A stretch of DNA of 63,655 nucleotides, counting the filler, from Atractiella rhizophila (Eukaryota): assembly GCA_021432655.1 (NCBI GenBank). It is 7 parts of 5 records of this genome, joined end to end, with 100 filler letters (N's around TTAATTAATTAA, not from the genome) between each part and the next. Parts side by side here need not be neighbours in the genome. Positions count along the whole stretch, not along the records: positions 1 to 6,590 come from MU271954.1; positions 6,691 to 13,611 come from MU271954.1; 5 more parts are not named here. The stretch is one strand, 5' to 3'. This document shows positions 1 to 11,300 of the stretch, one piece after another. The position numbers were made by a program, and so were the translations under genes. The stretch's first letter is position 1, and the number at the start of each line of letters is the position of its first letter. The notes under the pieces are model-generated. The model saw only the letters and a program-made list of their open reading frames with translations, was not told the DNA's origin and did no database searches.

Positions 1-715
1 ATCAATCCCACATGATAATTCCCGCTTCCGGTCGTAGCAGGTAACCACTGGTCGGTCGCCCTCTCGACGTCTAGACGCGGGTTGATGTTGACGCCACCGA
101 TGAAGATATCGTTCTTTCCCATCCCTGCCGCCTCTTTGCTATCCGCGCGAAGGTAGACGGAGAGTGTGATCTCGGACGAGCGGGACACGTCGAAGGCCGT
201 CTCGTAGCAGTAGATGGGCTGTACCGTCCACCCACCCATACACCGTTAGATCAAATGAAAAATCGGATCAGATTTGGAAGGGAGGGACGAACGGAGTCAA
301 AGTCTCCTCCATATGCATCGATCATGACTTCGTTCGCATCGAATCCAAGGACGACGTAAGGTAGATACCAAAGACCCTGTTCCCTGATGCTCTTCCCACC
401 TCGATGTTTCTCCAACGCCTTCCTGATCGAACTCGGGAGGTGTTCGCCCGGAGGGAGGTTGAGGGAGGTGACCTCTATGATCCTCACGGTCAAGACGCCA
501 GTCCTGCGGGATGGGGGCATGGGGGAGGCATCCATTTGGGAGGTAGTGGGAGTGGTGGTGCCATTGGAGTGGAAGGAGAGGGAGGAGGAGGGAGGGGTGT
601 GGCTCGTTGGGGTGGAAGAGGAGGTGGGTGTGGAGGAGGAGACCATGCTTGCGTCGCTGGATTTTATGGTGTCTTTGTGTTGTTGTTGTTGTTGCTGTTG
701 TTGGTGTTGGTCCAA
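1..715 (-). CDS. 5' part of a Ypk1/Gad8-like AGC kinase paralog (N-terminal C2-like region), cut off by the window start; true start codon unresolved
   Basis: Exons 293-715+ and 1-218 are joined by a GT-AG intron at 219-292 and give GVLTVRIIEV...LWYLPYVVLGFDANEVMIDAYGGDFDS|PIYCYETAFDVSRSSEITLSVYLR. This aligns by eye with the Ypk1-like gene at 21374-23513 ([10 protein letters not shown]...[22 protein letters not shown]...[15 protein letters not shown]). Poly-Q tract near 677-703. Confidence 0.8.
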
Positions 716-1417
716 GTGGTGATCTGAGGTTGCGGAGTGGGGTGAGGAGGGAGCACTGCTCGCTTGGTTGCTGGTCGAACTGGAGGAACTGGTCGGACTC
801 GTTGGATCGCTGAGGTGAGGGCCCGACTTAGGTTTTGGAGTGGATGAGCGCGAGGTTTGGAGGTCTAGAAGACATCGATCAGCTTCAAAGATGCAATATA
901 ACTTGATGGATTAAGGATGGATGGATGGATCAGAAAGAATAGAGAAATACCAGAAGTGGCTATTGGATAAGTGTTGGATTTATGAACCTCCTTCTGCTGC
1001 TTGTCACGGTGATGTCCATGGAAGATAGAAATGTAAGGCATCCTGACTCAATCGCTCCAAGCAAAACGCAAAGCAAAAACGCAAAGCAAAATGCAAATAA
1101 GGGGACGCGCCTTAACCAATATGATATGACCCTTATATACCCAGCGCTGAGGCAGAGGGGCAAGCCGATCGATGCCCGTGAAATCTGAGAGAGTGGGAGA
1201 AATCCAAGTTGGCTGAGAGATGGAGAGGACACCGGTCACGAGTCCGATGCCCGAACTTTCCCCGTCTCGTTCTGAATTCGAACTACGGCCATCCTTCGCT
1301 CTTCTCACGTGATTGAAACGCTTTAAGAGATGGCCACACCAAAGCCTGCGCCAAAGACGAGGGACGACACGCGTCGTACCGCAGAACGCGCAGGAACAGT
1401 CCCCCGTGAGTCGTTTA

Positions 1418-3270
1418 ATGAGCGAGTTGCCAAGCGAAAGTAACGAAGATGAACAGGATCCCTGCGCGTCCTTCCCGTCCCAACCATCCACTCCATCTCC
1501 CGTCCCTCCACCAGTTATAACCCCCCCTCCCGCCGACAGCCAGACTCACACGCGCACTCAAATGCGGATCCGGACGCGCTCCATACGCCCACTCTTTCCA
1601 GGCGCCGTTCCGCCGACAAGGGCAACTTGAATCGCATTCCTCCTCCCCTTCCCCTTTCCAATAAGCCATTCAGGACAGCATCTCCTCCTCCACTCTCTCG
1701 CTCCGAATCAACGTCCGATCTTTCCCTTCCGCGGCCCGTCACTGGCACTCCGCCAAGATTGCCATTACCCTCTGGATTATCAGGCAGAGACGACGATGAG
1801 GTCGATGAAGGTCAATCAACACCCGTGCGGAATACATCCGGTTCGAGGGCAGAAGAAGCCAATGACGAGAAGGGGGAGGAAGATGGAGGAACGCCTACGC
1901 GCTTCCAAAGGGACAATGGCGACAAAAACGCCGCAAGCGTGAAGAGGAGGACGCTTCTACCTCCCCCTCCTTCCTCCGTCTTAGGAAAGCGGAAAGCCTC
2001 CCATCTCCCTCTCCCTCTTCCCTCTCTCAAGAAACAAAAGCCGCGGGACATTTCTCTTCCCCCGCCGCCGCTACCTCCTCTCCTTCCTCTTCCCTTTCCC
2101 ACTTCCGCTTCTGCTTCCACTCTGAAAGCGTGGGACGAAAACTACGAAGGAACCAGCATCTGTACTCGTCCCTCCCTCTTTGGCGTTTAAGGTGAGAGTG
2201 AAGAAGGAAGGCGAGGAGATGAAGGTGAAGAAGACCTTGAATCATCCCCTGGTTGGAGAGATGGACGATGGAGATGAGGGGAGAGGCGGAGATGTGGAGA
2301 GGTGGGATAGTCCGAGGAAGAGGAGGAGGGGTGATGTCGTCAAGTATGTTTTTTATCTCTCCCTTCCCTTTCTCCCTTCTCTTTGGCTTCTGGATGGGTA
2401 ATTTCCTTTCTGTTCCTTTGTCCCCCAGTTTCTTAGTTGTTTTGAGGGAACACAAGAGCTTTTTTTTTCATATTTCTCTGCGGAGCAGGAACGGACTGAG
2501 AGAGATGGCTCAACAAATAATCACCCAAGGTTGGTCTCACCTCTTTGCCATAATTTTACCAAATAATCGTATTGACGAGACATTATGGACACAGCCAACT
2601 CTCGACACGCCCTCTGGCACTCCTCCCTCTCCCGTTCCCTCTCCTCCCACTCCCCACACCTGCCCCTCTCCCTCTCCGCGCTTGACCCCGCTCCTTCCTT
2701 CGTTATCCAGATCAAACGCCTTCTCCACTCACCGAAGACGTCTAAAACTGCTCCTCTTCGCCTGCTCGCCTCTCTCCCCATCCCCATCTCACACAGGATT
2801 CCTCTCGCTCTCAGTCCGCTCTACCGGCCCTGCGAATGTAACTGCGACTGCAGATGCTCTGAATTCCAGCCCCCGCCACTGAAGGGAAGAAGGAGAAGGA
2901 GGTGGAGGTGGAGGTAGGGCCGGAGAAAAAGAGATGATACTCGCCTGTTCCCTCCCCCACACAAACTCAAAGGCGCACTCCTCACCCTCTCTCCTCCCGA
3001 CCCAACCAACGAAACGTCCAATCCAAACTCAAAGGCAAATAGGAAGGATAAGGACAAACGGAGTCGGAGTGGGATGTTGGTGCCCCGATCTGTGGAGGCG
3101 GTTGGAGGACCAGGATTGGGGGACGGTTGGAGGGATAGGGAGTTGGTTGTTTGGGAACCTGTTATTTGGGATTGTGCGAGGGAGAGAGCGGTGGTGGAGA
3201 GATGGGCGGTTGTTGTTTCGGGAGGGTAGGGTGAGTACTGCGATTGGTTTGTCGCTTGATTGTGATTTGC
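1418..3270 (+). CDS. Hypothetical Pro/Ser-rich protein, multi-exon, with apparent single-base frameshifts near 1627 and 2180; 3' end uncertain
   Basis: Chain of overlapping ORFs (1313-1630, 1627-2190, 2180-2401, 2585-2917) with coding-like composition and a GTATGT donor at about 2344. No domain recognised. Confidence 0.4.
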
Positions 3271-3622
3271 CGGTGGTGGGTCGAGAATGCATTCACATTT
3301 GTTGTTGTAACCTGAACAAAGCTGGAGCTGTCGCAAGTTGCAAACGTAAAAATGCACAGTGCAGCACAGGGCACGAGCACATCACGGCTTGTTGTTCTGT
3401 CAGGAGCACTTTGTGCCCCATTTCGGTTTCAAAACAATCTTTTCAATGTTACCAAAGTCGGCTGCAAAACACGTTTTAGCTAGACGCATGAGAATTTTAG
3501 TTAAAAACTTGAAGGTCGGAAAATTCTAAAACTTCATCTTTCTCATACGACATTAGCTCACGAATGTCGGCAGTAATATCTCAGACGCCGCTCGCACCAC
3601 AACCAGGAACACTCACAAACTT

Positions 3623-5281
3623 TCACCCCGCGGTGGCCAGTGCTCCTCTCAGCCTTTCCTCTGTTGCCGTATCAACTTTCTTCTGTTGTCGCCATTCCGG
3701 TGGCCCAGGATCTTCATGTTGGAGCAGAATGGACAGGGACTGTAAAGCGGGCAAAGCCTTCTGGACACCGGCGGTTTCCAATCTTTCAGTGAATTCCGAG
3801 AGCAGATTGTCAAGGTCCAACACTCTCACCCCCGTCCACGAACGCAAATCCAAAGTCGCTCGCTGAGTGGCAGAAGTGGTGGAAGCAAAGAGGTTGTTTA
3901 ACATTCTAGGATCTGTCCAGGCTCTGTTATCAGAAAGATGCAGGGACCATCGTGGGAAGTAAGACATCAGTCGCGCAATCTGACAAATGGCATCTGTCGC
4001 GTTGTACCTAGAGCAAGTATGTATGTCGAGGATTACGTTCTTTGGAATTAGTTGTTGCGTGACAATGTATTCAAAACTGTGCTTACAGTTGTCCATCATC
4101 CCAGCGGGGAATCTGTCACCACCAGTGAACATTTTCATTTCCAATCGTGACAGCGACACTGGTGGCAAAACGATGGCAAAGAAGTCTTCAGCTTTGCTAC
4201 AATGAAACAGTTTGACGTCAGAGAGATGGGCAATGTGTCGATGTTCGACGCCGGGAAGGGACCACAGTGACATGTTCACCAACTCCACTTTTCGAAGATG
4301 TTGAGATTGGCAGATGTTAGGAAATATCTGGAAGAAAGAAATCTTAACAGTCATGTTTTCAAACCCGCCATGACAGTAGGAACAGTCGAAAAGCAGAGTT
4401 CGCAGTCTGGGAAGCACGACCAGAGGAGTGTTTAGTGGAGCAAGTTGAGCGTCCTGGGAAATCTTCACGCGTAGGTCCAGCAAAGAATTGGCTACATGGC
4501 CGCGCAATCAGCCATTGCGTTGTACATAGGTTGCTCTGAATGACTGTAGTTCAGTTCCAAATAGGTGACATTCATGGATGAAGGAGGAGTCGCCAAAAGA
4601 GGCACAAAATTGAAGGAACGGTGACGAGAGTTTATATCTAGATGTAGAAGGTTTGATAAGTCAACGGGGGATCCTCCAGCGGGTAAAACAACACGTCCGT
4701 GCAATCGTAGATATCGTAAAGATTTTGAGGAAGCTGCCAGATGCGGGAAAGTCTGTAAGAGATCGAACGCATCGTCCTCGCTGAAACGATGAATGAGAGT
4801 CATGTGTAGGCTTCGTAAATGAGGAAGGGGGAAAAGGTACCCATCGATTGAAGCTGCTAACGTCACTGGTCGAATCCAACCAATGTAGGACTCGAATGTT
4901 CCTGCATCGTTCGACAACGGTCTGAGCAAACGAATAGAGTGAACGGTCTTCACAATGTGAGTCTAATACACGCCAGTAAAGAATCCACACAGCATCAGCA
5001 CCGCCGTTTGTCCTATTCAAGGCTTTCAGGAAGGATCTGGTTCGCCGCCTTCTGACCTGTTTGCCTTGACTTGCTTCGCAAATATAACCTGCGTCGACCA
5101 CCCGCATCAGAAGTTCTCGAGAAAGATCGTTCCATAAACGACAAACGAGTGAAGTCTTATTGTAAGACGGTCGATTGCAGAAGCGTGTTGTCGCCCAAAA
5201 TTCGACATTTTCGACGTCATCAATGGAAACAAGAATCTTTCGAACCAGTTCGATTGGTAAACCATTCATGGGGAATCCCAT
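3623..5281 (-). pseudogene. F-box/LRR(RNI)-like gene with two frameshifts (about 4830 and 4500); either a pseudogene or sequencing errors
   Basis: LPIELVRKILVSID...SLVCRLWNDLSRELL is F-box-like. Three consecutive ORF frames are colinear with the intact paralog at 15024-16736. Confidence 0.65.
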
Positions 5282-6234
5282 GGATACTCCTAATGGAAGA
5301 CTTGGGACGAGGTCAACGGTCCGCCAAAAAAGACGAAACTCGGATAGTAACCTGAGTAGTTTAGTTCTCGCTGACAATTCCCGTGGTCCAAGTTGTGTTA
5401 TGGTGGACGGGAGACGTGGACAGTTTTTTGCTTTGAGAATCAAAGTCAATGACAACTACTTTCCGTAAGTGTTGTGGAGTAGCTGTTCAAGTTGCGGAAT
5501 ATTTTGTGACAACGGGGATTTGAAGTATCTAAGTTGTGCTCTGTTCTACCCTAGTCGTCACTTGAGGTTACGAAAGCAAAGGAGCAGATAGAGGATTCCA
5601 CGAAACTTTATTTTATTACAAGAATGCACAATGTTGACAAACATAAGGAATAGGTTTATTTCGATAGTGGCCAATGTTTAATACTGCTCCTGGTTGATGT
5701 GATGAGAAGCTGCGTTGTGCTCTCAGCTCAAAACAACTAGAAGGGGTGAAAGTCATTGAGCTTCTCATACAGACATGGAGGTAAGCGCGCTGATCAAATC
5801 GCCAACTCCAAAATCCTTACTTTGGGTCGCTTTTCTCTCAGGGAGCTCTCCGAACTGATTCACCATCCCCGACTCACAGGGTTTGTTGCCATCACGAAGC
5901 ACTAGAACTCGAGTGGACCGAATCAAGGTCAACGCTCGCGCTGAAGCTCCACACAACACTACTATAATCCATCATCCAGTTTCTGCCACACCGACTTCGA
6001 AGAGGACTTACCTCAGCCTCCACAATGCCCAGCTTTTTTTGCTTGCGTTCCAGCTTCCATTTGGGAGACGAGACGGGCGGACTGCATTTCTAAACCCCCG
6101 CGTCGAAGCGAGGGTGCAGCGACCGCAGGAGAAGCGACAGGAGAGGAGATAAAAGAGGGCAGACTGATACCTAAAACAGAGAGCAATTTGAAACATTCGC
6201 AAGAAGTTGACGTTGAAGCAAACAGAAATTCAAG

Positions 6235-6590
6235 ATGCCAGCTACCCAGACAGCAGCCATTACTCCCATCGCTCATGGCAGTTTGTTGCTCAAACCTACC
6301 CATGCGAAGGACGAAGTGCTCATCAAGATTGAAGGTGCTGGCTTGAATCCAATGGACTGGAAGATGCACGATTTCAACGCTATGTTTCCTTCTTACCCCT
6401 ACGTTTTCGGAGGAGATATTGCTGGGACAGTTGAAGAGAGGAAGTGAAGGATTTCGAAGTCAGAGACAGAGTGTGAGTCTTTTTCATCCATGTTGCCATA
6501 CAAGAACATTGAACTTGGGACCAGGATGGTGGGAACGATGGGCGGGGCATTTCAACAATATTTTCCTTACAAGACTGACGCTTTGGTTCG
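6235..6590 (+). CDS. Zinc-binding-ADH-like / enoyl-reductase (MDR superfamily) 5' fragment, truncated by contig end and apparently damaged
   Basis: DEVLIKIEGAGLNPMDWK...YPYVFGGDIAGTVEE matches the GroES-like MDR N-terminal motif (NPxDWK; GxDxAGxV). A frameshift follows near 6440. Confidence 0.75.
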
Positions 6591-6690
6591 NNNNNNNNNN
6601 NNNNNNNNNNNNNNNNNNNNNNNNNNNNNNNNNNTTAATTAATTAANNNNNNNNNNNNNNNNNNNNNNNNNNNNNNNNNNNNNNNNNNNN
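6591..6690. other. Artificial contig linker (N44-TTAATTAATTAA-N44); identical linkers at 13612-13711, 21033-21132, 26851-26950, 36984-37083 and 51699-51798
   Basis: Six identical 100-nt spacers whose core carries stop codons in all six frames. Genes are truncated at them. Confidence 0.99.
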
Positions 6691-6781
6691 CCTGAAATAG
6701 TGTAGGGTTGGATTTTTTCAGTGTCGAATTTAGTGCCACCAGTTGCTATCAGTGCCCAGCTGGTGCTTTCGTGGAATTCGA

Positions 6782-6910
6782 TTGTCTAGTGCTTTTGAGT
6801 GTGCAGGAGTAGTCATAATGGTGTCGATCATATGGTTCGGGCCTTTTTGGACGAAGATCCTCGCTGGTGGTAATAGGGGCTGATGAGGTTCTGCCACTTT
6901 TAGCTTAACA
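6782..6910 (+). repeat. About 130-bp imperfect direct repeat; second copy at 8222-8349
   Basis: TTGTCTAGTGCTTTTGAGTGT...CCACTTTTAGCTTAACA is present at both positions. Confidence 0.9.
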
Positions 6911-7455
6911 NNNNNNNNNNNNNNNNNNNNNNNNNNNNNNNNNNNNNNNNNNNNNNNNNNNNNNNNNNNNNNNNNNNNNNNNNNNNNNNNNNNNNNNNNN
7001 NNNNNNNNNNNNNNNNNNNNNNNNNNNNNNNNNNNNNNNNNNNNNNNNNNNNNNNNNNNNNNNNNNNNNNNNNNNNNNNNNNNNNNNNNNNNNNNNNNNN
7101 NNNNNNNNNNNNNNNNNNNNNNNNNNNNNNNNNNNNNNNNNNNNNNNNNNNNNNNNNNNNNNNNNNNNNNNNNNNNNNNNNNNNNNNNNNNNNNNNNNNN
7201 NNNNNNNNNNNNNNNNNNNNNNNNNNNNNNNNNNNNNNNNNNNNNNNNNNNNNNNNNNNNNNNNNNNNNNNNNNNNNNNNNNNNNNNNNNNNNNNNNNNN
7301 NNNNNNNNNNNNNNNNNNNNNNNNNNNNNNNNNNNNNNNNNNNNNNNNNNNNNNNNNNNNNNNNNNNNNNNNNNNNNNNNNNNNNNNNNNNNNNNNNNNN
7401 NNNNNNNNNNNNNNNNNNNNNNNNNNNNNNNNNNNNNNNNNNNNNNNNNNNNNNN

Positions 7456-8221
7456 ACTGGCCGAATCCAACCAATGTAAGACTCAAGTGTTCCTGCATCG
7501 TTCGACAACGGTCTGAGCAAACGAATAGAGTGAACGGTCTTCACAATGTGAGTCCAATACGCGCCAGTAAAGAATCCACACAGCATCAGCGCCGCCGTTT
7601 GTCCTATTCAAGGCTTTCAGGGAGGATCTGGTTCGCCGCCTTCTGACCTGTTTGCCTTGGCTTGCTTCGCAAATATAATCTGTGTCGACCACCCGCATCA
7701 GAAGTTCTCGAGAAAGATCGTTTCATAAACGACAAACGAGCGAAGTCTTATTGTAAGACGGTCGATTGCAGAAGCGTGTTGTCGCCCCAAAATTCGACAT
7801 TTTCGACGTCATCAATGGAAACAAGAATCTCTCGAACCAGTTCGATTGGTAAACCATTCATGGGGAATCCCATGGATACTCCTAATGGAAGACTTGGGAC
7901 GAGGTCAATGGTCTGCCAAAAAAGACGAAACTCGAATAGTAACCTGAGTAGTTTAGTTCTCGCTGACAATTCCCGTGGTCCAAGTTGTGTTATGGTGGAC
8001 GGGAGACGTGGACAATTTTCTGCTTTGAGAATAATAAGTCAATAACCACTACTTTCCGTGAGTGTTGTGGAGTAGTTGTTCAAGTTGCGGAATATTTTGG
8101 ATGACAACAGGGATTTGAAGTCTCTAAGTTGTGCTCTGTTCTACCCTAGTCGTCACTTGAGGTTACGAAAGCAAAGGAGCAGACAGAGGATTCCACGAAA
8201 CTTTATTTTACAAGAATGCAC
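7456..8221 (-). repeat. Near-identical duplicate of 4865-5629 (5' part and upstream region of the F-box-like gene)
   Basis: Direct alignment by eye. Differences are mostly transitions, plus one extra C near 7785 that shifts the frame. Confidence 0.95.
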
Positions 8222-8382
8222 TTGTCTAGTGCTTTTGAGTGTACAAAAGTGTCATAATGGTGTCGATCATATGGTTCGGGCCTTTTTGGACAGCAGATCC
8301 TAGCTGTGGTAATAGGGGCTGATGAGGTTCTGCCACTTTTAGCTTAACAAGTGCTAGGCAGACGGGCTAGCCACACTCATTT

Positions 8383-11300
8383 ATGGCTCCTACGCCTCCC
8401 TCCGCCGTGGGTGGTTCCCCAGTTCATGCACTCGTCGCGAAGTTCGAAAGTCAACAGCGGGTGGATGGTAGCGGGAAGCAGCAGAATTCTAAGGACGATA
8501 TTGAACGTCTTAGGAGGGGTAGAAGAGTTAGCGTGATTGTAGAAGAGGACAGAGAAAAGGCAAAGGACAGGAGAGGTATGTTACTTCACCTTCTGTTGAG
8601 AACCTGTACATGGACGCGGGCACTTCATTTGTTCTGGTGTGGAATGTGGAGTTGCTATTGAGATGCTAACCCACTTCAGCTCCTTCACGCGAGCTATGCT
8701 TTCATGCGCAAAGTTCTACAGATTCGCTGTCTTCGAAGCTAACGCTGTTGTCTTGTGATGGCTTACAGCGTCTCTCCCAATTCCATCTTCAAGCCGCTCA
8801 CCTGCGCTTGCCTCTCCAACCTCTCCAATAAAACTGAAAACAGTCCTACCAACTGCCCTCCAAAGCCCTAACGCGGTGCGGATTCATCGACATGCCCCAG
8901 CTCCTCCGCGGACCACTTCTCCAGAGCCCATGGCAGCTGAGCATGCGGAACCCTCGAAACGAATACGAAGCGATACGAAACATAATGAACACGAAAAGCA
9001 TTTACCTATCTCTCCTAGGAGGACAGCTCATTCTCCACCTTCGCCGAGAAGGGAAATGAAAGGAGAACATGAGACAAAGTCACGCAAGCATGATATACAC
9101 GAATTGGAACGAGTTACGAACCACGCGAACGACGATCGGAGTGCCAGCAAGAACGTAAGAGAAGTAGGAGGGGTGGAACGGATGAAAGAAAGGAGAATGG
9201 AGGAGGGACCGAATCGCGAACGACCGAAAGATGCCACACAGCCGACGCACAGAAGAGATATCATCACCAACTCTCCCCCGCGCATTCCCAAGGGACAAGC
9301 AACGCATCCCCTCCTCATCCCTCCCACGCCTCTCGAACCAGCCCTTTCTCGTGATGGCCTAGCGCCGCCGTACATGCCTTCACCACATTCGCATCACAAG
9401 AGGAAGGATGCGTTTGACGTCACTCAGGCAACGAGGAGGCTGAAGGCGGAACCAGCGAGAAATTATTTGAATGTAGATAAAGCAGAGAGGATCACGGTGC
9501 GAACGAAAACGGGCGAAGTGGAGGAGGTAAAGGAAGTAACTCCTGAAGAATCGAAATGGAAGCCCACCTCGCCCACATCTGCTGCGACACAACACAAGTC
9601 TCCTCCCAAGCCCGGGAATGAGCAGAAAGCTCCCACTCGAGAGACAACTCGGGAGTCTCCTCAAGGCCCATCTCAAAGCCTGTCTCAACTTAATCACACC
9701 CAGCCTACGCCCGGCAACAAATCTCGCCTCTTAGACCATCCGCTCCGCCCTCCCCCTCCTCTTCCTGCCGAGTATGGACAGATGTCTTCTACACCGCTGG
9801 ATCCACCGTTGCGAACCCCAAAGATTGATTTTTCCCCTTCGTTAGAACGACGGCCATTACGTCCTTCACCTGGACCATTACAGAACGGAAGATCACGTTC
9901 AGGAGATCATTACGGGCACTTAGCGACCCACGGTTCGCCTCGTATGGTTTCTTTTGCTGCCTCTTCGAGGTCAAAATCGATATCGAACCTCTCCATGCTC
10001 ACCAAGGACATTCCTGCGTCTTCGGTCTTCAAATCTGACGCGCTCCCACTCCACCTCCCTGCACTGGATGCCTATCTTAGTGAAATTGGACCTGCCAAGT
10101 TCACGGATCCAGAGCAATTCATGACCCAGAATGGTGACGGAGAGGAGCTGAAGAGGTGGAAAGAGTGGGTACGAGGTGGGGAGAGCGAGGAGCAGAAGGG
10201 GCTTTTTGGGAAGATTGGTGATTGGGTCGGAGGAATTTTTGAGAATGGAACAAAAGGGGAGAAGCTGGAAAGACGGACGTTTAAGAAGTTAGAGGAGGCC
10301 CCGGATGATGAGGAGGATAAGGACGAGTTGGATGTGCCTGAGAAACCCACGATAGTTACGAAGGCTTCAGTCGAGCAACAGTCCTCCACCTCCTCCTCCT
10401 CAAACATTCGGAACCTCATCTTTCCACCTCTTCAACTCATTCCTCCCCGACTTACAATCGCGGATCTTTTCTTAAATCGTTCGAAGCCTCCGCCTGTCCT
10501 GACCCTTGATTCAGTTCTGGGAACAGCCATAGACGGCGTGCTAGGAGCAGAGGGCTCAGCTTATGCTGTTGCCCTTGTCAATGTTGAAATTTTCAGGGAC
10601 TTGATCCAGATGATTGCATACAGCTTGGGACTGATCAGCTCTCGTTTCTTCGGAGTTGCGACCGGCGGAAAACTTGTGTTCCCTAAAGATTCCAAAGACA
10701 TGGAACCATGGAAGCGATTGGTCTTCGTTACGATCCCTGGAATCCTATCCCTGGACTTTATCAGTGCTTTTGGCAAAGCTATCCTCTTCTTCTGGCTCTT
10801 TATTGGGCTCACATTCCTAGGATGCTACGAGTTTTGGAGGATGACAGGCAAGGGTTGGAGCTTCGGAATCGGATGCGGAGACAGCTTACCTTCCTTTGGT
10901 TTCAAAAGGAAGAAAAAGTTGGATTCATCTGGAGAAGGAGCAGGCTCATGCACTAATCTTGAGCCTGAGAAGGAGCATCCACTCAACGAAACGGAGAACA
11001 TGAAGATGTCGATTTCCCACCAGCTTGAAGGGTTTGACGTCGACGAAACTGTACGGGAGAACAGGTCGTTAAATAAGAAGGGATTCAGAGATGCGAGGTG
11101 GTACAAGATTACTGTCGTCTTTATCATCTCCTCCCTATATATGCCGTTGTCTAAGATATCAATCTCGGCTCTCCTCTGGTCTTCTGATTTTTGGGCGGTC
11201 TCGAATCCATACCTCGAAAGCGACTTCCCTACCTTCACGCCTCTGGGACCTCCTGACAAATACCGAGATGCAGACGACTTCTGCTATACGACCACAATGA

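Noticed and set aside
1600..6450. Programmed frameshifting or widespread pseudogenisation
   Set aside because: Single-base indels recur in unrelated genes, often at short homopolymers, so sequencing error is the simpler explanation; raw reads are needed to decide.
6635..6646. TTAATTAATTAA repeated six times, resembling a regularly spaced repeat or insertion target
   Set aside because: Always centred in N44/N44 spacers; it is an artificial six-frame-stop linker.
6730..7586. Long ORFs listed across the N gap
   Set aside because: They are composed of X residues from unknown bases.
8205..8231. Hairpin plus CTAG resembling a Helitron 3' end
   Set aside because: The stem is only 5 bp and directly abuts CTAG, and the same CTAGT is part of the 130-bp repeat at 6782.
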